Source of the DNA: Candidatus Paenibacillus intestinavium
GTDB taxonomy: Bacteria; Bacillota; Bacilli; Paenibacillales; Paenibacillaceae
DNA: 50,389 nucleotides
Assembly: GCA_019113605.1 (NCBI GenBank)
Contig: DXHF01000327.1
Location: forward strand, 1 to 50,389
Direction: 5' to 3'
Made by a program: the position numbers and the translations under genes. Under the pieces are notes generated by a model, which saw only the letters and a program-made list of their open reading frames with translations, had not been told where the DNA came from and searched no databases. Below, piece by piece: positions 38,501 through 48,800 of the stretch; the first letter of the stretch is position 1; the number at the start of each line of letters is the position of its first letter.

Positions 38501-41065
38501 GTAGTACGGAGATCCTAGATTAACTTTGAAGCTCCATTCTTTGATCGTTTGATTACCCGTCAAATCACGAACAGCAACTTTCACCGTATGATTACCTTCG
38601 CTTAATGGCTCTGTCGGTACATAACTAATTTCACCTTTAGGTGGATAGAAGCCATGTGTTACTAGAACGCCATCCACATATAGACGAGTCTTTTCAGGAT
38701 CTATCAATGTAGTTCCTGGATGAGTTGCTGCATCATAACCGGCATCCTGTGCTGTAATTTTAATGGCTGGCGTAGCTGTATTAACCATTGCAGCTTCTGC
38801 TGGAGAGAACGATACAATTTCTGGCTCGTCATAATCAATACCTTCAACTGGGCCATACGTAACTGTAATATCATCGATATAAATAGCACCGGCATCTTTC
38901 TTCGCAGAACTTGTCTCCATATATCGAACGGGTTTCTCAATTGACAACGGTAACGCACGTCCTGCCGGAACTGGCGCTTCAACATACTTCCAGCCAATCC
39001 AGTCAACACCCTTTGTCCCATCTGTAAAGTCTATTTGAAAGGCAGCATTGCTACCATCGCGCAGCTGAGCTCGTAGCCAATGTCCTTTACCATCACCATA
39101 GACCCACATTCCAATTTTTTCATGATAGCCAGGTATTGCAATTCTAGTATCGACATCTTTTGATTGTAGATAAGCACCTGAAGTAGACTCTCTGCCTGTA
39201 AAATCATAAGATAACTTTACTGCTGCATCCCCATTTCGCACGAAATCTTGATCTGTAATCAAATCAATTGCATATGAATTTGCACGATCTGCTGCAGCTA
39301 CATAATTACCAATGCCATTCTCAAAACCTTCTAAAATGACCGGTGGAATTCCGACATTAACTACGAATGAATCTGTTACATCTCCGAAGCTAACTTGGAT
39401 TGATCCAGCTTGACCTGTTTCAGATGTTGCAGTGAATATGCCATTGTCATCTACTGTACCTATATTTCCTGTAACGCTCCATAATAGATCATCATTACTC
39501 GCGGCCACCACTTGACCATCGCGTGTTGCTTTAACATTTAGCTGAACCATTTCACCTGAAGAATATGTTTTCTCGTCATCCGGGAAATGTAACGCTGTTA
39601 ATGTATCTATAACTTCGACTGTCGCTTCGCCAGTAATATCAGCATCTGCTACATGAATCGTTGCTTCCCCTGCTTGCTGACTCGCAGTAAATTGACCAGC
39701 ATTATTAATCGTTCCGAAAGCTTCATCTACTGACCATTCTAGTCCTGTAGCAAGACTAGCTGAATGATAGTTCGCATCAAGTCCTGCTCCTGCAAATGTA
39801 ATAGTAGAGCCTACAAGAACACGTTCCACGCTAGGTGTAACTGCAATTGAAGACGCAGTTTCTAATTCAGGAGCAGTATTGACTAGTAAGAGACCATTAC
39901 CAATACTACGCTCATATCCATCTGAGCCTGAGTTAATCATAGTCGCTTGTTGTTGACCGGGAAGCTTCGCAATAATTGTTGAGGAACCACCGCCGTCCAA
40001 ATTCATCGCTTGAACAACACCCATCTCAATCATCAAGTTAGCAACCTGCATCATTTCAAGACCTTCACTTAATCCAGGCTGACGACCATCCACCTCGAAA
40101 AACACGATCGTTCCATCTTCTTTCGTACCAATTGCAGTACGCGGATGAACTCCTTCAGGACCTACATTTTGTGCAATTCCATTATCTACAAGTGGTCCAT
40201 TGCCTCCAATTGCAGTCGTTACATCCGCAAAATTGCTTGATAATTCAAAAGTTGCTGTTACCTCTTGTCCTACTTGCAAAGCTTCAATAATTGAAGTTTT
40301 ATCGCCAGACGCCGATAATACAACTTGATCATCAGATAATTTCGTATTACCTTGACCTATTTTCACTTCAGATACTGTCATAACCAGATCTGATCCACTC
40401 GCTACTTCACCCGAAACAATATCAAGCACAACTTCAACACCTTGGGTAGATGCACCCGTTGAAGCGCCATATCTGTTTGTAAACATTACTAGTTGATTCG
40501 TATCACGATAGCGATTCAAACTAGTTAATTCTGTATCTGTCCCATTTATCGTAATTGATCTATTTAATGAAACAGTGCCATACACTGATTCTCCAGCAGC
40601 AGTCATACCAAATGCATAGCTGCTTTGAGGACTGATCAATATTTCACCATCTGCCATAAAAATACCTGAGGGCACTCCCGTTGCCTTACCTGAGATTTCA
40701 TAGAAGTCACCATTAATACCTGCAATAACACGACTACCTTCAGCATCAACATAATTAGCCATTTCTGAAAGTCGCTTCATACCTGACACATGACCATTTT
40801 TTGTAGCACTAACTAATTTAAGATTAGAATTCGTTGGATCAAACTCTACCGTATGTACTTTCTGTACTGAATCCTCAACATCCATATCCATCCAAGTATA
40901 TGTAGCTCCAAATCCGAGATCACTTTGTCTCATATCAACAACTTCACCATAGCTCCAACTAGGAGTGACTGGCATTGCCGCATTTACGTTAATAGCGGGT
41001 TGTAGCATTGATAGTGCAATTACGACTACCATTAAACTAGAAATAAAATTGTATATCTTCTTCAA
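35501..41065 (-). CDS. SLH-anchored multidomain protein: phosphodiester glycosidase, Ig-like domains and purple-acid-phosphatase-type metallophosphoesterase
   Basis: GINGDF, HPRTAIG, NLDGGGSS; GDSQ, GDMVD, GNHE, GHDH; three C-terminal SLH repeats. Confidence 0.92.
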   Translation of the reverse strand: MKKIYNFISSLMVVVIALSMLQPAINVNAAMPVTPSWSYGEVVDMRQSDLGFGATYTWMDMDVEDSVQKVHTVEFDPTNSNLKLVSATKNGHVSGMKRLSEMANYVDAEGSRVIAGINGDFYEISGKATGVPSGIFMADGEILISPQSSYAFGMTAAGESVYGTVSLNRSITINGTDTELTSLNRYRDTNQLVMFTNRYGASTGASTQGVEVVLDIVSGEVASGSDLVMTVSEVKIGQGNTKLSDDQVVLSASGDKTSIIEALQVGQEVTATFELSSNFADVTTAIGGNGPLVDNGIAQNVGPEGVHPRTAIGTKEDGTIVFFEVDGRQPGLSEGLEMMQVANLMIEMGVVQAMNLDGGGSSTIIAKLPGQQQATMINSGSDGYERSIGNGLLLVNTAPELETASSIAVTPSVERVLVGSTITFAGAGLDANYHSASLATGLEWSVDEAFGTINNAGQFTASQQAGEATIHVADADITGEATVEVIDTLTALHFPDDEKTYSSGEMVQLNVKATRDGQVVAASNDDLLWSVTGNIGTVDDNGIFTATSETGQAGSIQVSFGDVTDSFVVNVGIPPVILEGFENGIGNYVAAADRANSYAIDLITDQDFVRNGDAAVKLSYDFTGRESTSGAYLQSKDVDTRIAIPGYHEKIGMWVYGDGKGHWLRAQLRDGSNAAFQIDFTDGTKGVDWIGWKYVEAPVPAGRALPLSIEKPVRYMETSSAKKDAGAIYIDDITVTYGPVEGIDYDEPEIVSFSPAEAAMVNTATPAIKITAQDAGYDAATHPGTTLIDPEKTRLYVDGVLVTHGFYPPKGEISYVPTEPLSEGNHTVKVAVRDLTGNQTIKEWSFKVNLGSPYYEYTTEDAVYTGQTYSLDINAKEADELAAGQLEFSYKPNAMDNIKFLPNSKLASSMVDFTVDEINGLLTLTLSDLAAAKLSATDTIGSISYRINSDYLGPYTLAELRANPKKSIQLKVVNGIVETATKSDINYKGDTFNLDVQSKYELTWDHYATSKGEPAVFTIVDKVSQEPIEGVQMLFNGTLVAATSDVNGQLVSNEVTTASGTYNIQAMKDNNYSPMMSFVVAPSAGTAAPMHINVTFGNEATTDRNISWKTSADAKSTVVELVEQLEFTDFTADNVLKVEGTNYLYTTANDGTVRIHQAELTGLKPGTEYVYRVGDGADHVSSSGQFKTTGVEQDSAKFLFFGDSQAANAAGFDLWGAVVDKAVTGTPLADVDMIVHAGDMVDSGYELEQWDWWFNAVQSELMSTTLVPIIGNHEVYGDNGSGDYLAQFNNPDSELTLTNGTSFSYDIADSHFVVLNTEMGTEGIIEQAAWLDKDLAKSDATSTIVFFHQGPYGSTYQNNDVQKYWVPIFDQYGVDLVMNGHDHIYLRTYNMNGGEIVDNNEQGTMYLIGGSSGPKFYGLTPYYWQDVVYEENTQIYTEVLSDAEGIQVVVKNVAGEVLDEFMLSSDKKPAPKPDPKPTPNPGTGTDTGTIEVPEAGEVGILIITAEQLTSTDNEQIVITTRDKVTAIVLPASAAALLNGKSLQVNTDLWTIGIPSDVYSTWSQSTSTIQVQVVNETEQGQQLAAVAGNRANAQVTAISNVFEVKVMDAANKLVSDQSNKVTLAIPLAIEQQTATVALYEVQADGTLMYVSSTIVDNKLQAEVQANTQYIIVNFDKQFDDVATDYWANEYIKELVAKGIIQGISLDKFAPQQEVTRAEFTTMLARMLGLEASGATTFDDIVDNSWYATAISAAVEAGIVNGKSSSMFAPNDNIERQEMAVMIARAYQYAQGQLLTGVEAPFADMDKAAGWAVASINAVYGSGFINGKSATQFDPKGLGTRAEAAKLMQKLLQAMK

Positions 41066-41259
41066 TCTTCTCAGCTCCTAATATGTATGATTCTAGTTAA
41101 GTATAATCAACAATAATTAAGAGATTGTTTTCACTATATTAATAAATTATATATATTACTGTAACAATCTATGAAAGCAATATTATTACATGGAAGCGAT
41201 TGGTTATTTCTTCTAATTACCAATTTTGATCATATGATTAGATATTAATCCATTACCCT

Positions 41260-41302
41260 AATAGCACGACATGACTATGTTTCGTAATCATGTCGTGCTA
41301 TT
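41260..41302 (-). terminator. Terminator-like hairpin after yunC
   Basis: 15-bp stem AATAGCACGACATGA/TCATGTCGTGCTATT. Confidence 0.65.
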
Positions 41303-41312
41303 GTATTTGCTA

Positions 41313-41618
41313 CTATAACATCTTTTCCAGCGCATCTTTCCCTTTCATTCCTACTGTTATTCCTAGTGCTCCTGCTGCATCCGTTATCGATTCTAAAGGG
41401 GCTTCCATAAGTTCATCCAAGGTCCGCACGCCTACAGCACGTCCTGCAATAATTGCTCGATCTTTAAGCTTATTATTCAGTAAACTCACATCAAGTGCTC
41501 CACACATTATATAGCCTTTATCTGTAGAAACGGATAATAACGTCGTTTTTGGTAACTTTACTTCCGTACCAATAACTGTCGCACCACTACGCAATTGAAA
41601 CGGTATCATCTTCATCAT
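41313..41618 (-). CDS. yunC: YunC/DUF1805 family protein
   Basis: GYIMCGALDV, AGRAVGVRT, GM.GKDAL. Confidence 0.9.
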   Translation of the reverse strand: MMKMIPFQLRSGATVIGTEVKLPKTTLLSVSTDKGYIMCGALDVSLLNNKLKDRAIIAGRAVGVRTLDELMEAPLESITDAAGALGITVGMKGKDALEKML

Positions 41619-41900
41619 CTCGAATGCACCTCTCGTAGTTTATTGGATTTGTTAATGTATGTTACTATATGCATCATTTGCTTGTAAGTGAACAACCTAT
41701 ATAGCATATGCCTAATAAACATATATTATTTCCTGTAATACTGCATAAACTATTACTAGAGGTTCATTTATTAACAAAATAACTTTGAAAACAAGGACTT
41801 TTTACTCAACACTTTTTTATTGATACCATTTAAGTTAGACTATAGAAATACATTAAATCATGATATAGTAGAACAATCACGTGACGCGGAGGGAGTTAAT

Positions 41901-42335
41901 ATGACATTAAATAAACAAAATTCATTTCTATATAATGTTGAAATTTTAATTGAGAATGAGCATCATGCAATCGCGTTACAACAATTGATCGAACAATTGA
42001 ACAAAGCTAATTTTTTAGATTATAAAATCACTTCTGGCATTGAGCTAGGTGACGTAATAGCAGCGCGAAAAGCAAAAGCAAAAACAACGAAACCAATTGC
42101 TGTCACTGTTGAATCCAATGAATACGAATTAGGACTCGAAGCATTTAGACAATGCAAAGATCACAATAAACTAGTACGACTTATCGTAAATCGCGGACTA
42201 GGTATAAAGTTAAGCATCCCTTGTCGAGTTATCAATATCGATGAAACCGATCAAATCGTTACCATATACCATGTCGATGAAAAACAAGTGTATACTTTCC
42301 GGTTGAATGAAATTGAAGACTTCATAGAAGTTTAA
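41901..42335 (+). CDS. Hypothetical protein
   Basis: GGAGG RBS before ATG 41901. Confidence 0.75.
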   Translation: MTLNKQNSFLYNVEILIENEHHAIALQQLIEQLNKANFLDYKITSGIELGDVIAARKAKAKTTKPIAVTVESNEYELGLEAFRQCKDHNKLVRLIVNRGLGIKLSIPCRVINIDETDQIVTIYHVDEKQVYTFRLNEIEDFIEV

Positions 42336-42342
42336 TAGAGGT

Positions 42343-42557
42343 AGTTCAAAAAGAAGAATTTGATAACGATGATTATACTGACGTAGCATAGTCCACATCG
42401 AATATGAAGCGAACTTGGAAAGTATAGGGTAAGCTTCCGATGTATGTTTCTTGCAGAAACATTGTAGGTTCGCGTGTACCAAACACGTACACTTGCGCTT
42501 CCGCCTTTCTCAAGTAGCACTCCATCTTCTCGGTTCTGAAAGTCCGCTTTTTGAACT
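42343..42557. mobile_element. MITE-like repeat (~215 bp)
   Basis: Terminal inverted repeats AGTTCAAAAAG/CTTTTTGAACT, internal palindromes, no credible ORF, lies between convergent genes. Confidence 0.7.
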
Positions 42558-42580
42558 TTAAATTAGAAGAGGTAATTCAA

Positions 42581-42624
42581 AAACAGCCTATTAAGTAGCG
42601 TATTTGCTACTCGATAGGCTGTTT
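42581..42624. terminator. Hairpin terminator, probably bidirectional
   Basis: AAACAGCCTAT..AGTAGC/GCTACT..ATAGGCTGTTT. Confidence 0.7.
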
Positions 42625-42633
42625 CTATAATAA

Positions 42634-44499
42634 CTATACAGCAACTAATAAGTCTTTGAAGAATTGTCCCGGCACAGGTGGGCTTTTCAAATAACCTTGC
42701 ATCTCATCACATTGCAGTGTGCGAAGAAAATCTAGCTGTTCAGTCGTTTCTACCCCTTCTGCGATCACTTGCAAATTCAATTTATGTGCCATTGCAATGA
42801 TTGCCGATACAATTTCCGCATGACTTTGTTCATTCAAAATGTCAGTAACAAACGAACGATCAATTTTCAAACGAGTAATTGGAAATGACTTCAAATAATG
42901 AAATGAGCTATAGCCCGTACCAAAATCATCAACACTAATGCCAACACCTAGTTCGCTTATCGCAATTAACTTACGATTCATCTCGTTCATATCAATGCTC
43001 ATTGATTCCGTAATTTCTATGTCCAGATATTGAGATGGTAATTGTGTTTCCTCAAGAATTTTCTTAATCTGTAAATCCATCTCGTTTCGCACAAATTGTC
43101 TTATCGATAAATTCACGGCAACTGGAACGATTGGTAATCCAGCGTCCAGCCATTCTTTATTTTGACGACAAGCTTCTCTAATAACCCATTCACCAATCGG
43201 AACTATCAATCCACTTTCTTCCGCTAGCGGTATAAAGTGGATCGGGGATAGCAATCCTTTAGTCGGATGATTCCAACGAATTAAAGCTTCCCCTCCGACA
43301 ATACGACCATGAATAACATCATATTGAGGCTGATAATATAGCTCGAACTCATTACGCTGTAAGGCGCGATGAATTTCATGCTGTAATTTTAATCGTTCAT
43401 ATGAGGAATTATTCCACTCTTCGGAGTAAATAAGAATATGACCTCCCGAAGATTCCTTAACCTTAACTAATGCCATATCAGCTTTTTTGAAAATTGAAAA
43501 ACCATCATCGCTCGGATCAAGATTCAAGGCAATTCCCATACTTGCGCCCATATGTACAGGTACACCCTTCAAATCATACGGTTCACTAATAGTATCTAGA
43601 ATATGCTGTGATCTTACTATTAATTGATCGATACTATCAATTTCATTTAGAAGCAATGCAAAAGCATCACCTTCTAATCTTGCTACAACGTCATTAGGAG
43701 TTAATAATCGATTCAATCGATCCGCCATTTGTAGCAGCATCAGATCAGCATACTCTCTTCCAAATGAAGCATTTACAAGTTTGAAATTATCAAGATCTAT
43801 GTAACACACACTTAGCATCTGCTGATCTTCTTTTGCTCGCATTAGCCATTCATCTAATTTAATTTGAAATAATGTACGATTCGGTAGACCAGTCATATCA
43901 TCGTAATAAGCCATATAGCGAATACGTTCTAAATTCCGTTTATGATCACTCAGATCATGACTAACAATTAAGGAACCAATAACTTTCCTATGTTGGATAA
44001 CAGGCTCACAGCTAATTTGAATTTCTAAAGGGAATGACGATCGATGCAAAACATGAATATTAAGTTTTTCTATTTGTCCTTCTTTAACCTTTTCTAATGC
44101 TTCCATTACGGATTCTTGGCTGGATTGCTCAATAACATCCATAATTGGTTTCCCAATTAATTCTTCAATTCGTTCATAACCAAGCATATGTGCGGAAGTA
44201 TCGTTCAATTCAATAATATTTCCGTCATGATTAATTAAAGTTAATGCAACGGCATTAGATTGAAACAGTGTACTTACAATTGATTCATGAAAGTTTCTAG
44301 TTGATGTTATTCTTCTAGAGCGAAGCAGCAGTACAATCGCAGTCGTAATTAGAACTGCTCCGACTGTGCCAAGTATAACTTGATATTTCAGCGTATTTAC
44401 ACCAAACATCGCGATGACTATCCAAGCAAAGGAAAGAACAATGAGATAGCCTGAAACTAGCGAAGGCTCCAACCAATTAAACTGTTTTCGCTTCAACAA
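42634..44499 (-). CDS. Membrane PAS-GGDEF-EAL protein, likely a c-di-GMP phosphodiesterase
   Basis: Two TM segments, PAS, degenerate EGDAF, intact EALIRW and DDFGTGYSS. Confidence 0.93.
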   Translation of the reverse strand: MLKRKQFNWLEPSLVSGYLIVLSFAWIVIAMFGVNTLKYQVILGTVGAVLITTAIVLLLRSRRITSTRNFHESIVSTLFQSNAVALTLINHDGNIIELNDTSAHMLGYERIEELIGKPIMDVIEQSSQESVMEALEKVKEGQIEKLNIHVLHRSSFPLEIQISCEPVIQHRKVIGSLIVSHDLSDHKRNLERIRYMAYYDDMTGLPNRTLFQIKLDEWLMRAKEDQQMLSVCYIDLDNFKLVNASFGREYADLMLLQMADRLNRLLTPNDVVARLEGDAFALLLNEIDSIDQLIVRSQHILDTISEPYDLKGVPVHMGASMGIALNLDPSDDGFSIFKKADMALVKVKESSGGHILIYSEEWNNSSYERLKLQHEIHRALQRNEFELYYQPQYDVIHGRIVGGEALIRWNHPTKGLLSPIHFIPLAEESGLIVPIGEWVIREACRQNKEWLDAGLPIVPVAVNLSIRQFVRNEMDLQIKKILEETQLPSQYLDIEITESMSIDMNEMNRKLIAISELGVGISVDDFGTGYSSFHYLKSFPITRLKIDRSFVTDILNEQSHAEIVSAIIAMAHKLNLQVIAEGVETTEQLDFLRTLQCDEMQGYLKSPPVPGQFFKDLLVAV

Positions 44500-44597
44500 C
44501 TGTAATCCCTCAATTCATCTTGCTGTGGATTTATATTAATAAGCACACTACATACATCATTATAATCGAAATATGTCAAATAACCTAGAAAAAATTG

Positions 44598-44996
44598 TTA
44601 GTCTGCCTTATTTACTACAATTCCCCATACGACAAAACTCCATCCCGCTATAAGTAACACACCACCAATTGGTGTAATTGCGCCAAGTTTCGTCGCACCA
44701 GTTAAAGCCATTATATACAAACTACCACTGAATATAATCATTCCAACGACAATTAACATTGCCCCGGTAGCAAGCTTCTTATAATCTTTTACTACTGTAG
44801 ATGCGAGTGCAATAAGCATTAGCCCTAAAGCACCATACATTTGATAACGAACACCTGTCTCAAAATTTTGCAGCATCCTTTCAGACACAATTTCCTTTAA
44901 TCCATGTGCGCCAAATGCCCCGAGTGCTATTGCAATTGCTGCAAATATTGCCCCAATTAAAAAGTACTTTCTAAACATTATCATCATCCTGTTCAT
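44598..44996 (-). CDS. DUF423 family membrane protein
   Basis: GAFGAHGL, FSGSLY, GAITPIGG. Confidence 0.92.
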   Translation of the reverse strand: MNRMMIMFRKYFLIGAIFAAIAIALGAFGAHGLKEIVSERMLQNFETGVRYQMYGALGLMLIALASTVVKDYKKLATGAMLIVVGMIIFSGSLYIMALTGATKLGAITPIGGVLLIAGWSFVVWGIVVNKAD

Positions 44997-45107
44997 TTTT
45001 ATTGTATAATAGTAAAAACTAGTTTAAAGCTTATGCTTTCGATGCTACTTTTTATTTACGAGAAGTTTCGTTAACAGAAGAAAATAAAAAAGTTTAAGGA
45101 GTTTGTT

Positions 45108-45815
45108 ATGGAAGACAATAACCAATCAAAATCTAATCCCACTCCGAGTAACGACAATCAACCCTCTCAATCAGCTGAGAAAAATTCGGAACAAGTAACA
45201 CCGCCACAAGGGAAGTCGTTCAAAGCATTTGGAACGTTCAATCCGAACCTTTCACAAGAGCTTCAACATGCAGGGGCACAAAATGCCGCTCCTACAGCGT
45301 ATCCAACTGGTGATCAACCACAGTATTCACAAACATATGATCCAGCCGCTGGAAATCCTGCTTCTGGGCAGTATAATCATTCGCAGTATCCGAATGGAGC
45401 GCCACCATCTGGTCCCATTCAACCTTTGAAACATTCTGGTCTTGGTATTACGAGCTTTATCTTCTCATTAGTTTCAATACTCGTAATCGTTATCGGGCTT
45501 ATAGTTATGTTCTCTGGTATATCATCATTAAGCTTAACAGATCTTGAACTAATGAGTGATCCAACCTATATCGAAAATCTAATTTTGAATAGTGACGGTG
45601 GGTTCCCTCCATCCTTTGTCGGGATCATTGTTGGTGTATTGCTAATGTTCAGTTCAGGATTCTTCGGCTTCATTGGACTAATCTTTGGAGTTATTAGTTT
45701 ATTTATGAAAAACCGCCGTAAAATTTTCGGTATTTTAGGTACCATTTTCAATGGTCTATTAGTAGTCGGTGGATTTATATTTTTCGTCTTTTCAATCGTT
45801 GTATCAGGATTATAA
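45108..45815 (+). CDS. Membrane protein with a Pro/Gln-rich N-terminus
   Basis: KHSGLGITSF followed by three TM segments. Confidence 0.75.
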   Translation: MEDNNQSKSNPTPSNDNQPSQSAEKNSEQVTPPQGKSFKAFGTFNPNLSQELQHAGAQNAAPTAYPTGDQPQYSQTYDPAAGNPASGQYNHSQYPNGAPPSGPIQPLKHSGLGITSFIFSLVSILVIVIGLIVMFSGISSLSLTDLELMSDPTYIENLILNSDGGFPPSFVGIIVGVLLMFSSGFFGFIGLIFGVISLFMKNRRKIFGILGTIFNGLLVVGGFIFFVFSIVVSGL

Positions 45816-45832
45816 GTAGCGACGGTATCGTT

Positions 45833-45870
45833 AGACTCATCGATTCTCCTTGTGAGAGATTGATGAGTCT
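45833..45870. terminator. Bidirectional terminator between convergent genes
   Basis: AGACTCATC...GATGAGTCT stem. Confidence 0.65.
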
Positions 45871-45874
45871 TCCT

Positions 45875-48800
45875 TTATTTCACGATAAATCTAGTTTGAG
45901 AATGTCCGTCGCGATTTTTCGATACTTCTAAACATGCAGGTAATGCATCCTTCAATTCTTGAACATGTGAAATGACTCCTATCATTCGACCTGCTCGCTG
46001 TAAATCAATTAAAGTAGCAATCGCCTTCTGCAAAGACTCCTCATCTAGTGAACCGAATCCTTCATCGATAAACATCATTTCAATCGATACTCCACCCTGA
46101 TGAGATTGAATTACATCGGTCATTCCTAAAGCAAGACATAATGCAGCATTAAATTTCTCTCCACCAGATAATGTTTTGACATCACGATTTTGACCAGTAT
46201 AGGCATCGTACACATCAAGCCCAAGTCCGCTTTGCTTACCGTGCGTTTCTAGTCGATCACTACGCCTAAGTTCGAACTGCCCATTGGATAGCGAAGCTAG
46301 ACGGATATTCGCCATCTCGATAATTTGTTCTAAATAATCAATAAGAATATATCGTTCGAAAGATAGCTTCAGCGGGTTATCGCCCTTTATTGTCGTATAA
46401 AGATCAGCAGTAATCGCCAACGACTGTTCAAGCTCCTGTAATTGTCCATTATTACTTTGCAGCTTAATGATATACTGCTTAATTTCATGTAAATAGTGAA
46501 CGGTTTGACTATCCATTGTAATGAGTACTTCAAATTGCTGCTGTAGCTGTTCTAGCTTCGCTTGTAATGGAATACAGTCGACAATTTGCTTGCCTGCAAT
46601 CGTTTGCTCTAGCCACTCTAATTGCGTAGCTAGTCTAGTAAGCTGATCACGATATGCCGTATAGGATGAAGTCATTAGTTCTAGCTCATCTCTCGATAGC
46701 TTTGCAGCACTATATTGATGCTGGCTTGCGAAGCCCGCTTCCACTAATTTCTGCTTGAATTCCGCATCACTACTAGTTAGCTCTTGCTCGTCGCCAGCTA
46801 AGCTTTGCATAGTATGCTCCATTTGAGCTGTAGCTGCAGCCAATAGCCGTTCTACTTTAGCCTTTTCCTCTACTACCAGTTTCCACTCATTCTCAAGTGT
46901 TGCGAGTAATTTCTGTTTTTCTACTAATTGCAGTTGTAAGCTGTTAACGTTCCGCAGATCTTCCGGTACACGCAATTCTAACTGCTCAAGCTTTGTACTT
47001 AGCGTCGCCTTATGAACAACTGCTTGCTGAAGTTTATCTTGATATTGAACTCTCTGTTGCTCCTTGCGCTCAAGCTCCTGTTCTAATAGCTGCGATTGCT
47101 GCTTCTGCTGCTCTGCAAGTTCTAGTTTACTGCGTAATTGATCATGTTGGTCTTTGAATTGCTTCCAGCTTACACGCAGTTGCTGCTGCTCATTCTCTAA
47201 TCGTTGTTGCAGTTGTAATTCAACTGGTGCATCCCCCTTCAGCAATGCCTTCAGCTCCTGCTGCAAGGAAGATTCCAAACCAGTTAGCTGCTGTTCTAAT
47301 AGCTCATACTTTGCAGAGCGCTGCGCCTGCCATAATAATAGCTCTTGTTCACGCTTCAATTGATTCGCTTTACATACGTCGATTTGAGCTCGAGTTGGCA
47401 TCTCCACTGATGGTTTCGCTTTATGCGGATGATCTTCACTACCACATACTGGGCAAGGAAGACCGTCATGAAGATGACGAGCAAGCTCACTAGCTTGACC
47501 TTCAATCCATAATTGCTCCTGCTGCTGCAACTCCTGTAAAGCTAGTTGTGCATATTCACGAATCGCGATTTTTTTCCCTTCCAGCTGTTGTAATTCGTTA
47601 GTATATTCCAACATTTTACTTACTATTTTTCCTTGTTGCTCAACTTCACTCATCGTTGACTGCAACTGAAGTGATAGTTGCCCATAATCATCAACATGTT
47701 GCAATAATTGCTGTAATTGAAGCCTTTGTTCTTTCCCTTGAAGAACAAACACGTCTAGCTCTTGAAGTGTTTGACTGCTCCGCTTTTCTTCCTGCTGCGC
47801 TTCTATTAGTTGCTGCTGAGATTGACCGTATTGCTGAACAATCGGTAATAGCTGCTGCAATTCATGTATCTCTAATTCTACTTGCTTTCTTACCAGCTGT
47901 TTCTGTTCCTGCTTTGCATAACGCAGCTGCACATCTGCTGCCCGCTGCTCTATCTCGACGAGCTGCTTCTTTTGCTGTACACAATGTAATTGACGCTCTT
48001 GAAGCTGCTTACAAGCTCGATCATAGCGCGCTTCATATGCCGATACAAATAATGCTTGCTCGCCACGTCGAATTTGTATTTGAACCGCCTCATAATGCGT
48101 CTGCTGCTCAAGCAGGCTAAGCTGCTCCTGCTGCTTCTGCATATGTTCATGTAGCTTACTGTTCGTTTGCTCAGCTTCTTGTAGCTCGCGTCTTGCTCCA
48201 GAAAGATGCTCAGCTTGGATAATCTTCTGCGCCTCCAGACGCTGCTGCTCAGCCTCGTAATAGAGTTGCTCTTCTAGCAATCCTTCTAACACTTGGAACA
48301 CATTATGTTGCTCCTGTGCGAACGTAGCTGCTAGCATTGAGTCTTCGCGTAATGGCAGCTGCTCCGCAATATGCAAGATCGTATTGATCTGTGACCCTTG
48401 CTGCTGCCTAAATTTCTCCTGCATCGCCTTATATTGATTACCAACAATTTGTTCCAGCTGATCGAATCTTTCCGTGCGGAATATTTTCCGCAATATATCT
48501 TCCTTGTTATCCGTACTAGATGTTAATAATTTACGAAATTCTCCTTGCGGCAACATTACAATTTGACTAAATTGATCCTTCGTTAGTCCCATAATGCTAG
48601 CAAGCTTCATATCGACATCACGAATTATGAAGCGGTCTACAGCTGGTACTTCTCCTTGAGCCGTTAATTCATATAACTCAATCTTTTCCCCTGTCTCACC
48701 TTTATTGTTACCTTTACGATGCTTCATTTGCCGTAATACGCGATAATGCTTATCTTTTACCATAAAACTTAATTCTACGGAGGTATGTATTGCATCATCG

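Noticed and set aside
41100-41180. PhoP boxes upstream of the SLH phosphoesterase
   Set aside because: The TTHACA-like hexamers are degenerate and not cleanly spaced in AT-rich DNA.
42210-42520. ORFs 42210..42482 and 42332..42520
   Set aside because: They overlap the MITE and a real gene on the opposite strand, with no recognisable motif.
45833-45870. TGATGAGTC as a hammerhead core
   Set aside because: It lacks the leading C and the GAAA, and it is one arm of a terminator hairpin.
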